Below are positions 1 through 12,786 of a stretch of DNA of 64,000 nt, piece after piece (the stretch's first letter is position 1; each line of letters opens with the position of its first letter). The notes under the pieces were generated by a model. It was not told where the DNA came from and did no database searches. It saw only the letters and a program-made list of their open reading frames with translations. Source of the DNA: Mobula hypostoma (lineage: Eukaryota). The stretch spans positions 72,046,001 through 72,110,000 of the forward strand of contig NC_086108.1 of NCBI RefSeq assembly GCF_963921235.1, in the 5' to 3' direction. The translations under genes and the position numbers were made by a program.

Positions 1-344
1 AATTTCCCAATCATCCGTCTTCCCACTCACCTTAGCTCTGTTATACTTTTTTAGTTCTATGCTATCTCTGACTTCCTTTGTCAACCACTGTGGCCACTTT
101 CCCCCCTTTGAATCCTTCCTTCTCCGGGGGATGAACTGATTTTGCACCTCGTGCATTATTCCCAAGAATACCTGCCATTGCTGTTCCACTGTCTTTTCTG
201 CTAGGATATCCGACCAGTCAACTTTGGCCAGCTCCTCACTCATGGCTCCATAGTCTCCTTTGTTCAACTGCAATACTGACACTTCTGGTCTGCCCTTATC
301 CCTCTCAACTTGCAGATAAAAACTTATCATATTATGGTCACTCC
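1..344 (-). mobile_element. CR1 LINE ORF2 fragment (end of APE endonuclease and linker), running off the window start
   Basis: Minus-strand translation reads GSDHNMISFYLQVERDKGRPEVSVLQLNKGDYGAMSEELAKVDWSDIL...QWQVF, the CR1 endonuclease SDH motif and linker. Confidence 0.85.
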
Positions 345-879
345 TGTACATATCAATGGTGTAACATGCTAGAGAGGTTGAATGGTCCACTCCTATTGCC
401 CTCTTATTAGTAAAGCAAACTCTGATAATCTGCTATTTGATTATCCAAAATCCCATTGGTTCAGAATCTGCTACTTACAAACTCACTGGGTACCCATTCC
501 CCCACACTTTAACATTGTCTGTTACTTGTACACACTTTCCTTTTAAGCTGAACAGGTTCCATGTTTTCTATACTCCAACACACGAGAGGGCTCTTTTGCT
601 CACCAGGTTTTGTTTTCCACACTCCCTTTAAACTTACTGGGCTCCTATTTCCATTGCTACCTTAAACACACAGGGTTCTGCGTCCAGCTTGCTTTAACCT
701 CACCAAGTTCACTGAAAGCATGATGAGCACTTACCTACTTTGAAACACGAAAAAAAAGTGAAATTGAAATGGGTTGGGGCACTAATATAAATAACACTCA
801 AAAATCCAGTGTATTTGTGGATTATGTAGAGAAAATTCCATTTTATAGATTGTGTATAATTGAAGTCGCAGTTTATAGC

Positions 880-2570
880 AAATTTATTATCAACGTACAG
901 ATTTGTCATTAGATACAATCCTGAGATTGATCTTCTAGCAGGCATTCAAAGTAAATACAAGAAACACAATAGAATCATTTGAAGTCAGGACCGATGAACA
1001 ACCAATATGCAAAAGAAAACAAACTGGGCAAATACAAAGAGATAAATAAAGAAATAATACCAGTAAATAAAAAAAGTAATAACTATTGAGAACATAATAT
1101 GAAGAGTTCTTGAAAGTGAGTCCATATGTTGTGGGAATAGTTCAGTGATGGGCGAGGGAAGTTGTCTCCTCTTGTTCAAGAGTCTGATAGTTGATGGGTA
1201 ATAATAGTTCCTGAAACTGGAGGTGTGAGCTTTGAGGAACCTATACCACCTTCTTGATGGGAGCAGTGAGAGGAGAACATGGCCTAGGTGGTTGGTGGTC
1301 CTTGATGATGGACGATGTTTTCCTGTGACGGAGCACCGTGTAGATGTGCTCAATGTGGAGAGGGCTTTACTGTACTTGTATTCACTACTTTTTGATGGCA
1401 TTTCCATTCAAGGGTACTGGTGTTTCCATACCAGTCTGGGATGCAACCAATCGATATACTCACCACTGCATATCTATAGAAGTTTGTCAAAGTTTCAGAG
1501 GATGTGTCATATCTTCACAAACTTCTAAGAAAGTACAGGCACTGCCATGGTTTCTTCATCATGGCACTTGTGTGCTGGGCCCAGGACAGATCCTCTGAAA
1601 TGATAACACCAAGGAGTTGAAAGTTGCTGACCCTCTCCACCTCTGATCCCCCAGTGAGGACTGGCTCATGGACCTCCGGTTTCCTCCTCCTGAAGTCAAC
1701 AATTAGCTCCTTTGTCGTGCTGACATTGAGTGAGAGGTTGTTGTTGTGGCACCACTCAACCAGATTTTCAACCTCCCTCCTATATACTGATTCATCAAAG
1801 GTTTCAAAGGTACATTTAATGTCAGAGAAATGTACACAATATACACATCCTGAAATTCTTTTTCTTCACAACCATCCGTGAAAACAGAGGAGTGCCCCAA
1901 AGAATGGATGACAGTTAAACGTTAGAACCCCAAAGCTTCCTCCAGCTCCCCCCTCCCACGTGTAAGCAGCAGCAAAGCGGCAACCCTCCCTCCTCCACCA
2001 GCAAAAAGCATTGGCACATCCACTGAGCACTCAAACGTGCAGCAAAGCATCAATAAAGACATAGACGCAGTACCTCAAAGATGACTTGTTCACCTGGTAA
2101 TTTGACATACCACAGGCTCTCTCTCTCTCCCTAATAAGGGAAAAAGAGGCGTCCCCGTCACTACCTTTGATTCAACCAACAGCTGTGGTATCAACAGCAA
2201 ACTTAACTATAACATCGGAGTTGCGCTTAGCCTCAAAGTCGTAAGTATAAAGTGAGTAGAACGGGGGGGGGGGGGTGCACCTGTGCTGATGGAGGTCGTG
2301 GAGGACATGTTGCTTCCAATCCGAGCTGTGAACTGAGGAAATTGAGGATCCAATTGCACAAGGAGGTATTGAGGCCAAGATCTTGAAGCTTGTTGATGAG
2401 TTTTGAGGGATGATAGTGTTGAATGCTGAGCTGTAGTCAATGAAGAGCATCCTGATGTGTGCATTTTTGCTGACCAGATGTTCCAGGGTTTAGTGAATAG
2501 CCAATGAAATGGCATCTGTTGGGATGGTAGGCAAATTGGAATGGATCCAAGTTGCTGCTCAGGCAGGAGA
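880..2570 (-). mobile_element. Rex1/Babar-type LINE, 3' part, decayed and interrupted at ~1795-2157
   Basis: RT motifs MLFIDYSSAFNTIIP (ORF 2172-2450), KFAVDTTAVG (KFADDTT-like), WCHNNNLSLNVSTTKELIVDFR, and C-terminal FRNYYYPSTIRLLN. Confidence 0.85.
1795..2157 (-). mobile_element. 3' part of a non-autonomous retroposon inserted in the Rex/Babar copy; same family as 57936-58800
   Basis: Reverse complement matches ~58410-58800 (CTTTGGGGCACTCCTCTGTTTT...CATTTCTCTGACATTAA); the host LINE resumes on both sides. Confidence 0.75.
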
Positions 2571-3323
2571 AATGACTTACAATATTTTAGTGACTGTAAG
2601 CATTTTGATTTCCCACTTTAGTTAAAATTAGAAATGTAGCCCCAGTCATTGGCACAGCAGCTCACTGAAAGAGGAAATAAATTTTTCAATAACTGTTTAA
2701 TGAGAAGGCTTCATGCAATTGCACAGTGTTTTATAACACTTTGATTAATGCGTGTCTCTCCTGACAACCATGTATTTACCAGTGAGATAAAGGTAGGGTC
2801 AAATGCAGGTCTGGGCATAGAAAATGGACTATTTTGCAGCAAGCAGAAATGATTTTCTCAAAGAAGAGAGAATGAGAAAATCATTCAGTGGTACAGTAGG
2901 CTTGTTGAGCTAGTAATGTGGGGATAGCAATGAATGGTTTTTGTATGGAATCCTTTATGGAAGTATTTTATTACATGAATCATGGGCCCTTAGAATCGGT
3001 CTTACACAGAGAAGACACAAGCAAAAGCCCTTTGCCCTGCTGTTAGAGACCTCGTGGAGTAATATAGATGGGTCAAGGGGGAATTACGGGAGGGAGTTTA
3101 CAGCTGACAAAGTTTGAAATTGAATCCAGGGGTTAAATATCATGTTGTCAAATCTCTGGTCAGTGTCTCTGGTTGACTCAGAAATTGATTTAGGCCATAT
3201 CTGATGTTGTGGTTGTCCCAAGGACAGATGCTGTGAAGTCATTTAACACAATACTAATAATCTGGGAGTAAAGGAGTCTTTAAGGAAGAGTGATCATAAT
3301 GTGCCTGATTTTTACTAACAATT

Positions 3324-3640
3324 AGCACGGTATTGTAGTAGTTAGCGCACTGCCTTAGAGCATGAGATTTAAGATCAGGGTTTGATCCCTGCCACTGTAG
3401 GTAAAGAGGTTGTGTGCTCTCCCTGTGACCATGTGCGTTTCCTCTGGTGCTCCATCTTCCCTCTACGTTGCAAAGGCATATCGCTCGGGTTAGCAAGTTG
3501 TGGGCAGGTTATGTTTGTGCTGGAAGTGTGGCAACACTTGCGGGCTACTCAGCACAACCCTTGTTGATTTGATTTGATGTAAGTGATGCATTTCACTGCA
3601 TGTTGTTAATGTGCATGTGGCAAATAAAGCTAGTCTTTTT
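3324..3640 (+). mobile_element. tRNA-derived V-SINE (HE1-like)
   Basis: A-box-like GTAGTAGTTAGC, B-box-like GGTTTGATCCC, V-domain-like CTCCCTGTGACCATGTGCGTTTCCTCTGGTGCTCC, tail ending AATAAAGCTAGTCTTT. Confidence 0.8.
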
Positions 3641-3899
3641 ATTTTTTCTTCTTTTAAAGTCTGAGAGTGATTGAGCATAACCAGTCGATCATTATTTGAC
3701 TTCCAGGCACCTTGAAGTCTGTGGCTGATTAGTAAAGATCGGAGGGAAATATTTCACATACTGTAAGAAACGTTCTGCCTGGTGGAAAACAGGGAAGATT
3801 TAAAATGACTAAAACACTTGTGCACCAACATTTATGCCTTTCCACAGAGTTCAGTTTTTCTTCCATTAGAAAAATGACCCCAGTACTTCCAATCTGCCC

Positions 3900-4230
3900 A
3901 TTCTCCCTTCCAGTTCCTCTCCGTCCCTTCCCTTTATTCCATGGTTTACTGTCCTCTCCTATCAAATTCCATTTTCTCTAGCTCTTTTGTCTTCCCCACC
4001 TATCACCTCTCAGCTTTGTACTTCACTCACTTCCCCTTCTTGCGTCCCCCCCCGACCAAACCTGGATTGACCTATCTCCCACTCACAATTGCTCCCCATC
4101 CCCTACACTTTTATATTTGCTTTTCTTCTCTTTCTCTCCTGATGAAGGGTCTTGACTCAAAACATTGACTATAGATGCTGCCTGACCCATTCAGTTTCTC
4201 AGCATGTGTGTTGTTTCTGAGTTCCATTTT
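3900..4230 (+). mobile_element. Penelope-like 3' terminal fragment with degenerate hammerhead motif (4139-4170)
   Basis: Pyrimidine-rich tract then CTGATGA-AGGGTCTTGACTC-AAAACATTGACT-ATAGATGCTGCCTGACC, the same module that follows the Penelope ORF at 9174-10612. Confidence 0.75.
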
Positions 4231-4429
4231 TAACCTGGTCAGATAGACAGGCAAAGACAACTTTCAGAATTCTACTGGGTCCTTTAAGAATGCAAATTTA
4301 CTCTGATGTCAGCAATACCCATGAGTGGCTTCTTGCTGCGAAGCCAACAGGAAGAAAGTGTTAGTTGTAACAGCAAAACTAATCCAAAACCAAAACAAAA
4401 CATTACTGCTTATCTGTAACCGTACAGAC

Positions 4430-4764
4430 TGTTACACTTGCATGACCTGTCCACAGCTCTAATGATTGCTCCAAAAGTTCAACCCTTTATTAGCAATCAG
4501 AAAACATGCAATTTAAGCAAAATTCAGAGTAATCTCAGTGGTCAGCAAAAGAAATGACCTCCGCCAATCTCAAACTACAAACTGCAACGAAATAAGCAAG
4601 AATGCATGACTTATTTCCTTCACTTTTACCACGCCCCCACTCATGTGACTCATCTGTGTACGTACATCTATTGATGCTTGTACATGTCGCTCATGTGACT
4701 TGTTACCATAATAAATATAGTAAGCGCACAAGACAGAATACAAAGTCGATACATGATTCCGACA
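4430..4764 (-). mobile_element. Possible decayed LTR
   Basis: Minus strand reads TGTCGG...GTGTAACA with an internal AATAAA, repeated GTCACATGA and a purine-rich tract just upstream. No TSD found. Confidence 0.3.
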
Positions 4765-5926
4765 ATAGTTTCCTAGCCCCTCAAGGAACATTAAAGGTTC
4801 CCCTGTCCCAAGTGCCCTTCTGACCAGGAGACCCTTCCTGTATTCTTGCAGTCTCCATTGGTTAGAGACATGGCAATTCTAGGTGATGGCCTGTTTCTGC
4901 TTTGCTTTGGTTTGGAGTAATTAACTTGCGACATGCAGGTGATCCACGGCCTCTGTAACTCCTGGACCACGTGCTGCTGAGGTAGGCACCTGGCAGGTTT
5001 ACTGCTTACTCTAGCCCCCATCAGTTTATAACTGGGTTGTTTCAGTTGTGCAAACAGCTGTGCAAACCAGTGGAGGTTCCAATGCCTTTTTTATTTCTAC
5101 TACTCATTCAAATCTCATTTTAGATGAAATAATTCTTGTTTTTTTCAGATGTGACAAGGAAACAAAAATTGGGGACTGTTTACAGATAATAGTAATAGCT
5201 CATATATGGCTTGTCTATAAATGGAAAATGGTTCAAAGAAATAATTGCTGAGAGCTAGTGCAAGTAATCCATTCCAGTCCACTTGTGATATGTGCATCTT
5301 GTCAGCCATGTCACAGATGTGAGTGCAAGAGTAAGAGCCTAATAGGGAGTGAAAGCTCCTGAGATGCAATACACCAGTTATTTATTACAAACTGTCTGAA
5401 ACTCCTGTATCACTGTCATTCTTTTCTTTGGTTTATTCACACCCCTCCCTTTTTTGTGTTAGTATTTTTCTTACTTCCAAATACATCCTTTTCTTGTCCT
5501 GCAGCATAGATTCTATTGAGATTCCAGCAGCAGTTACCAGGCAAGGCATGTTTGAGTATTCAGGTCAAACTTCTTAACTGTCAAAGTGATGAGAACGTGC
5601 AATGCCTCACCAGGGAGCAGCTGAGGCTCAAAGCATCGACATGTTTAAGAGAAAATGAGATTGGGGGTAAGGGGAAGAGGAGGATTTAAATGGTACATTG
5701 ATAGGGTTTAACAGAAACAGGAAGGAGAAACCTAATGGGGAATTGTATACTGGTAATGAGCATTTAGGCTGAATGGCCATCTCTTGTATTCTAGAGTCGA
5801 TGGACAGGAATTTGCTGATGAATGTCTGCTGTTCTGTATGAAGCTGTCTGCTTAAATCCCAAGTGTGAGCTCTGTTAGGCATCTGTGGGTTGTGTGTATG
5901 CTGGGAAAGAGCTAAGGTGGGTTAGA

Positions 5927-6019
5927 GCAACACACATCAAAGTTGCTGGTGAATGCAGCAGGCCAGGCAGCATCTCTAGGAAGAGGTACAGTCGACGTTT
6001 CAGGCCGAGAACCTTCGTC
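5927..6019 (-). mobile_element. 93-bp Penelope-tail insertion with intact hammerhead core and 12-bp TSD
   Basis: AGGTGGGTTAGA at 5915-5926 and 6020-6031; minus strand CTGACGA-AGGTTCTCGGCCT-GAAACGTC-GACTG followed by the Penelope tail. Confidence 0.85.
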
Positions 6020-6659
6020 AGGTGGGTTAGACCCAGTGCAGGATCCTTTGGTCTATTTAAATCAATGGGCTTGTAAGGTTTTAGGGAACAAAGAAAAGAA
6101 TAAGTTAGTTCATTTTTTTTCTCTGTCATCTTATGAAACAATATTTGTTTTTCATTCACTGCAATACTCGTCTGACTTGGCAGAGAGCAAGAGCTTGCCA
6201 TTGGATGTAGGTAATCCAATCACACTATGAAATATAACACCATTGTTTCACCTTCCAGGGCTGCAGGAATTTTAGTGTTATGTATAAATTGAAGCAGTAA
6301 CAGGCCCACTGAGTCCTTACATCAATCATTGAGATTATTGCTGATCTCTTACCTTGACACCAATTTCCAACAAGAGCCCCATATCCCTTATTTCCCTTAG
6401 TATCTAACAACCAATCGATCTTTGTCTTGAACATAGTCAGCAGCTGAACCTCCGCAGCCTTCTTCGGCAGAGATTTTCAAAGACTGACTTACCAACCGTT
6501 AATGAAATTTTCTCATCTTAGCTCCACATGGCTGCTTCCTTATTTTTAGACACTAGCTCCTGGTTTTAAATTCTCAGCCAGGGGAAATTTCAAATTTGCA
6601 TTAATTCCACCACACACTGTGCAAGAATTCTGTGCGTTTTGCTGGAAAATATTTGTAAT

Positions 6660-9172
6660 ACAACATAGAACAAAGAACAATGCAACACAAATTATGTCCA
6701 CTCATATTAGCCGTTTCGGGCCTGGAAAGAAGTCGCTGGCTGTCTGCTCTTTATATGTCCCCTATCAACTTCAGCCCACAATGTTGTGTTGACCTTTTAA
6801 CCTACTCCACAATCAATCTAACACATCCCTCCTGCGTAGCCCTCCATTCTGCTTTCACCCTGTGCCTATTTAAGAGTCTCCTAAATATCCCTAATGTATC
6901 TGCCTGAACCACCACCCCTGGCAGCCCTGGAAGCATGCTCCATGCCCCCTCCACACTGTTGTTTTTTTCAAAATCTACCTCTGATATCCTCCAGAAACTT
7001 TTCTCCAATCTCCTTAAAATTATGGCCACTCATATGAACCATTTCAGACCTGGAAATAAAGTTTCTGGCTGTCCACTCTATATATGTCCCTTATCATCCA
7101 ACATATCTTTACCAAACCTCTTCCCATCACCTTTCATTCAAAAAAGAAAAGCCTGAGCTCGCTCAGTCTATCCTCATAAGATGCGTGCTCTAATCCAGAC
7201 AACATCCTAGTAAATCTCCTCTGTTCCCTCTCTATATCTTCCTCATCCTTCCGACAATGAGGCAACCAGAATTGAACACAATGCCCTAACTGTGGTTAAC
7301 CAGAGTTTTATAGAACTGCAACATTATCTTGCAGTTCTTGAACTCAATCTGTAAACTAATGAAGGCCAAAACACCATGTGTCCTCTTAACCACTCTATCA
7401 ACTTGTGTGGTATCCCCGAGGGATCTATGGAGTTAGACCTGAAGATCCCTCTGTTCCTCCATATTACTCAGAATCCTACATTTAACCCTGTACTCTGCCT
7501 TTAAGCTTGATGTTCCAAATTGTATCACTTTACTGTTTTCCAGATTGAACTCCATTTGCTACTTCTCAGACCAACTCTGCATCCTGTCAATGTCCCCTTA
7601 TAACTTAGGACAAACTTCTACACTATTAAGATCAGAAGACACAGCCACAGAATAGAGGGGCATCCTTTTAATATGGAGATGAGGAGGAATTTCCTTAGCC
7701 AGAAAGTGGTGAACTTTGCCACAAGCAGCTGTGGAGACCAAGTCCTTACGTATACTTAAAGCAGCAATTGATAGATTCTTGATTCATCAGGGCATGAAAG
7801 GATATGGGAAGAAGACAGGAGGTTGGGGCTGAGAGGAAAATTGGATCAGCCATGATGAAATGGCGGAGCAGCCTCAATGGGCCAAATGGCCCAATTCTGC
7901 TCCTATACCTTATAGTCTTAGGATCTTATCCACAACCTGAACAATCTCTGTGTCATCTGCAAACTTGTTAACTCACCCTTCCGTTTCCTCAACCAAGTTA
8001 TTTATAAAAATTACAAAGAACAGGGATCCCAATACAGGTTTCTATTTCTGTGGAACGATATTGGTCGCTGACTTCCAGTCAGAATACACTCCATCTACTA
8101 CTACCCTCTGCCTTATCCACATAAGCCGGTTCCCAACCCATGCAGCTAAGTCTCCTTGGACTTCGTGCCTTCTGACTTTCTGAATGACCATGTCAAATGC
8201 CTAACTAAAGTCTATATATACACCACATCCGCAGCTCTACCTTCATCAATATTTTTTGTCACTTCCTCAAAGAATTTGATCAGCTTTGTGAGGCAAGACT
8301 TGCCCCTCAAGAAGCCATGCTGATAATTCCTAATCAGACCATGTTACTCTAAATGCTCATAAATCCTCTGTCGATGAATCCTTCTCAATAGAATGTCCAC
8401 CACTGATGTAAGACACACTGGTCTATAATTCCCAGAATTATTCCTATGACCTTTGTTGTACAAAGGAATATCATTTGCCACCCTCCAGTTCTCTGGTACT
8501 ATTCCCATGGACAATAAGGATGCAAGGATCATCGCTAAAGGCACAGAAGTCTCTTCTCTCTCTTTCCATAGCAACCTGGGATCTCTACCATCTGGTCTTG
8601 GGGCCTTATCTATTCAAATATTTTTCAAAAGTTTGAGACATTCTCGTCCTTAACATTGACGTGTTGCAGCGTATCAGCCTGTTTTACATTGTCTTCTGTC
8701 ACTGATGAATTCTGAAGCAAAGAATTCCCTCCCTGTCTCTATGGAACTATCTAAACTCCAGAACATCCAGTAGCCATTCCTGCCCTTGGGACAGCTAAAT
8801 CTCCATAAGGACCACAACATTGTGGTTCTATGTACTGATCCATGCTCTAAGTTCATCACCCTTGTTCCTCTTACTTCTTGCATTCAAATAGATACATTTC
8901 AGCCCAGCCAACTGACTGCATTTTTGCCCTGTCAACTGCTTAATCTTCCTTACAGTCTCTATACACATTGCATCTACCTTTACACCAACATTTCCAGCCT
9001 TGGATCTATCACTCCGGTTACCATCCCCCTGCCAACCTAGTTTAAAACCTCCCCAGCAGCTCTAGCAAACCTGCCTGGAAGTATGTTGGTCCCCCTCGAA
9101 CTCAAGTGTCAACCCATCCCTGTAGAGACCACACCTTCCCCAGAAGAGAGACCAATGATCCACAAATCTAAC
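6660..9172 (-). mobile_element. CR1 LINE, internally deleted (end of ORF1, start of EN, RT, 3' tail), with a nested + strand CR1 3' fragment at ~7629-7925
   Basis: ORF 8344-8574 VPENWRVANDIPLYNKGHRNNSGNYRPVCLTSVV; FADDT-like motif near 7950; (TTCTATG)-type tail at ~6665; ORF1-end-like NILPGRFARAAGEVLN near 9040-9090. Confidence 0.85.
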
Positions 9173-9173
9173 G

Positions 9174-10612
9174 GTCCATGTTCCAAGCATCTCAGGTACT
9201 GCTCCCCAACTCTTCCACCACTACATTGATGACTGCACTGGTGCTGCTTCATGCACCCATGCTGATCTTATTAATTTCATCAACTTTGCCTCCAACTTCC
9301 ACCCTGCTCTTAAATTCAATTAGATCATATCTGACAACTCTGTCCCCTTTTTCAACCTCTCTATCTCCATCTCTGGAGACAAACAGTTGACTGACATTGT
9401 ATATAAACCTACTGATTCCCACAGTTCCTTAACTATTCCTCTTCCCACCCTGTCTCCTATAAAACTGCTATTCTCTTCTCTCAGTTCCTTCATCTCCACT
9501 GAATCTGTTCCCAGGATGTGGCTTTCCTTTCCAGGACATCAGAGATCTCCTCTTACTTTAAAGAATGGGGTTTTCCTTCCTCCACCATTGATGTTGCCCT
9601 CACTCATGCATCTGTGCTCACCCCATCATCTCACCACCTTAACAGTGATGGAGTTCCTCTGGTCCTTGCCTACCATTCCATGAGCCTCCACATCCAGCAC
9701 ATCATTCCCCACAACTTCCAGCATCTTCAAAGAGATCCTATCACTAAACATATCTTTACCCCCCCAACTCTCTCCTTCTTCCACAAGGACCACTCCCTTC
9801 ACGATTCCCTTGTCCATTCATCCCTCCCCACTAATCTCCCTCCTGTCACTTATCCCTGCAAATGGCCGAGGTGCTACATCTGCCCATTCACCTCCTCTCT
9901 CGCCTCCATTCAGGTCTTCCAGGAGAAGATGAATCTGCTGGGGTTGTCTATTGTGTCCATTGCTCCTGATATGGCCTCTTCTACATTGCTGAGACCCATT
10001 GTAAACTGGGGGACTGCTACATTGAGCTCCTCCGCTCCATCCACCAAAAGCGGAACTTCCTAGTGGCCAACCATTTTAATTCCACTTTCCATTCCCATTC
10101 CCATTCCAACATGTCAGTCCGTGGCCTCCTCTTGTGTCATGATGAGGGTATCCTCAAGGTGAAGAGCAACACCTTGTATTCCGATTATGTAGCCTCCAAC
10201 CTGATAGCATGAATTTTGATTTTTCCTTCTGGAAAAAATAAATTTTCTTTCCCCTCTCCCCTCTTCTCCTATTCCGCACTCTGGCCTTTTGCCTCTTCTC
10301 ATCTGCCTCTCATCACCGCCCCCCCCCGATCTCTTCCTCCTTCCTTTTCTCCTATGGTCCACTCTCCACTCCTATCAGATTCCTTCTTCTGCGGCCCTTT
10401 ACCTTTCCTATCCACTTGGCTTCACCTATAACCTTCTAGCTATCCCCCTTCCTCACCCCCTACCTTTTAATTTGGGTATCTTCTTCCTGTGCTTCCAATC
10501 ATGAAATGTTGACTGTTCATTCATTTCCACAGATGCTGCCTGACCTGCTGAGTTCCTCCAGCATTTTGTGTGTGTTGCTTTGGATTTCCAGCATCTGCAG
10601 GATTTCTCTTGT
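9174..10612 (+). mobile_element. Penelope-like element: RT C-terminus, GIY-YIG region and 3' terminal module (decayed)
   Basis: YIDDC...FINFASNFHPALKF, TDIVYKPTDSH, ORF 9518-10063 (GVPLVLAYH...CKWPRCYICP), VYCVHCS-type GIY region near 9945, typical GATGCTGCCTGACCTGCTGAGTTCCTCCAGCA tail. Confidence 0.85.
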
Positions 10613-11927
10613 TCTCTTTTCCTCCCCTTTTTCTCTTTGTACATTCTGTTTTGAAATAGGTAATTAATTTTGCTTATATAAATTGCATAGGAGTCTGCCC
10701 ATGGCAAAATGCGACTAAATTGTCTTGTGCAGCTGGCTGTAGTTCTCTCCAGAGGCAGCAGGGTGCACGATAGAACAGAGCAAGCAAATGAAAATAAATG
10801 GATTCCTTAGAAAGGGGATGTTGAATCAGAAGATGAGAATTGATTAAAATCAATTTATTTTTGTGGGTTGATTTTGTAGACCAGGAGCAGTTTGTATTGT
10901 GATTTAATTCTGATTCAACATTCACCAGTTTGCTCCATATTTTTCTCTGTTTTATGTTTGCATGCCCGAGTAAAAGAACGACAATATTAGGCCAGTGAAG
11001 ACGTGGCATGCTGTTCGTTGGTGGTGATGTAATGCAGGTGCCTGGAAGTTGCCTAATTCCAGCTACAGCTGCCAAGTAGAGGTCAGGCATTTTTGGGAGA
11101 AGAGGTGGGAAACTGAGAAGAGCAATTAGATCAACATCTTATGCATGTCTTAATGATACCAGTTTTTCAGGAAGGTTGGAAGGGATTGTGATACAGTTGG
11201 AATAAATTACATCCTTGTACTAAATAGTTCAGTCTGTTTAGAAACAGGTTTGTGTGAATACGCTGATTGACCAGGAACATTAGAATGTTTTCTAATTGCA
11301 GGAATACTGCCAACTGCTAGGAAAATAGAATGAAAGGAATATATCTTGCTAATCCATGTATAATTCCCATTTTTTACATTGTGAGCATGAGGAAACCTGA
11401 TTTAACCATTCTTATAAATGATTGCAAGAATTAATTGACCAGTTTGCCTTCATTGAGTCTGACTATGACCCTCCCAAAACTGCAACACTCCGGAATTCTT
11501 CAATTCTGCTCTTCCCCACAGTAAGTCATTGCAGTTCTAACTTGCTGATTGATGTCCTTTCCTCTTTGCGGCTATGCTCCTGTCACCCTACGGAAGCTTC
11601 TCCATCCACGCACTTTGGCCGCTTTCCACATATCACAACATCAACGTGATGCAGATTAATCTCTCCTTCCTCTTTGTTGTGAGTGAAAAAATCTTTAGTG
11701 TCTTATCCATCTTATTAGACTGTCTCTATCTGTAAAGTGTGGTTGATGTAACCATGGTTGGGATCAACCATTGAAGCTGAGTCACACAAAAAAATTGTAT
11801 CATGTGACAAACTCCTATTGTGGTTGTTGTGGAAAGTTAGGGTCTATGTCTATTTCTTCAGCGAAAGGAACAATAAAAGATGCTGTCTTGGAATGCTTTT
11901 CTTTTACTAAATAAGCACTATTTAATA

Positions 11928-12786
11928 TGTTACATACTTCATGGATATCTTGTGACTGTCTTATGAGGATGATGTAATTGTCTTGCGGAGGTCACATGAT
12001 ATAATTTTCCCGCCGATGTGAGGTCACATGATGACCTGTTCTCACCAGATATATAAGGGTAGACACCTGGTGACACAGTTATTTTTCAGTTAGATCGTCA
12101 GTCAGATACTCTGCTACGCTGCGTATTAGTCTCATGATGCAGTATAGTTTTAAACAGAGTTTTACTTTCTATTGTAAGGTACAGAAGTGTTGGGCTGGCA
12201 GTTTCACCAATAGCTGCCAGATTTGTTGATGTACTTTTTCAGTAATATTGGAGAGTGAAGTCGGGAACCTGAAGGAGTCGTTCGGTGGTTTTGGAGCGGC
12301 TCGACCATTATTGAATTCGTTCAAGTAAGAGTGATCTGCATGAGATAACCTCTGCTAAAAGTAGCAGAAAAGGTTGTGCAGCATCTAGTCTACAGAGGAA
12401 AAAGGCTTTAAACCGTTTTATTTCCGTTGTCGTGAATCCTGCAGACAAGGCAGGTTCCGGCTTGGATCGGCAGTAACGTCGTGTCTTCGAGGAATTCTTT
12501 ACTTCAGGAAAGTCTCTCCTAATTGACTGTATAAATATCTTGGACTTACAAATTTACCATTCTAAGAACTGTGTTCCAATTTACCACGTTAATACTGTAT
12601 TCACATCTACCGCTTTAAGAACTAGTACTGAGTTTGGTGGTTTGTTAAATGGCTGCATAGCAGTTTACTTCCGGTAAAGGTTTCATTTGTTTATCTTTTT
12701 ACTAATATTGAGCAGAGTTTAATAAATGTTTATTTGTTTATAAAACTTGACTCATTTCTATATTCATTGTTGCCTGTCATGTGACA
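11928..12786 (+). mobile_element. Solo LTR (859 bp) with 4-bp TSD AATA
   Basis: Begins TGTTAC, ends GTGACA; AATA at 11924-11927 and 12787-12790; TATA-like ATATATAAG near 12050; AATAAA at 12721. Confidence 0.85.

Noticed and set aside
2263..2276. Poly-G run inside the Rex copy
   Set aside because: Homopolymer at a small deletion; likely slippage or a sequencing artefact.
10674..11090. 138-aa minus-strand ORF in unique sequence
   Set aside because: No recognisable domain or convincing splice context.
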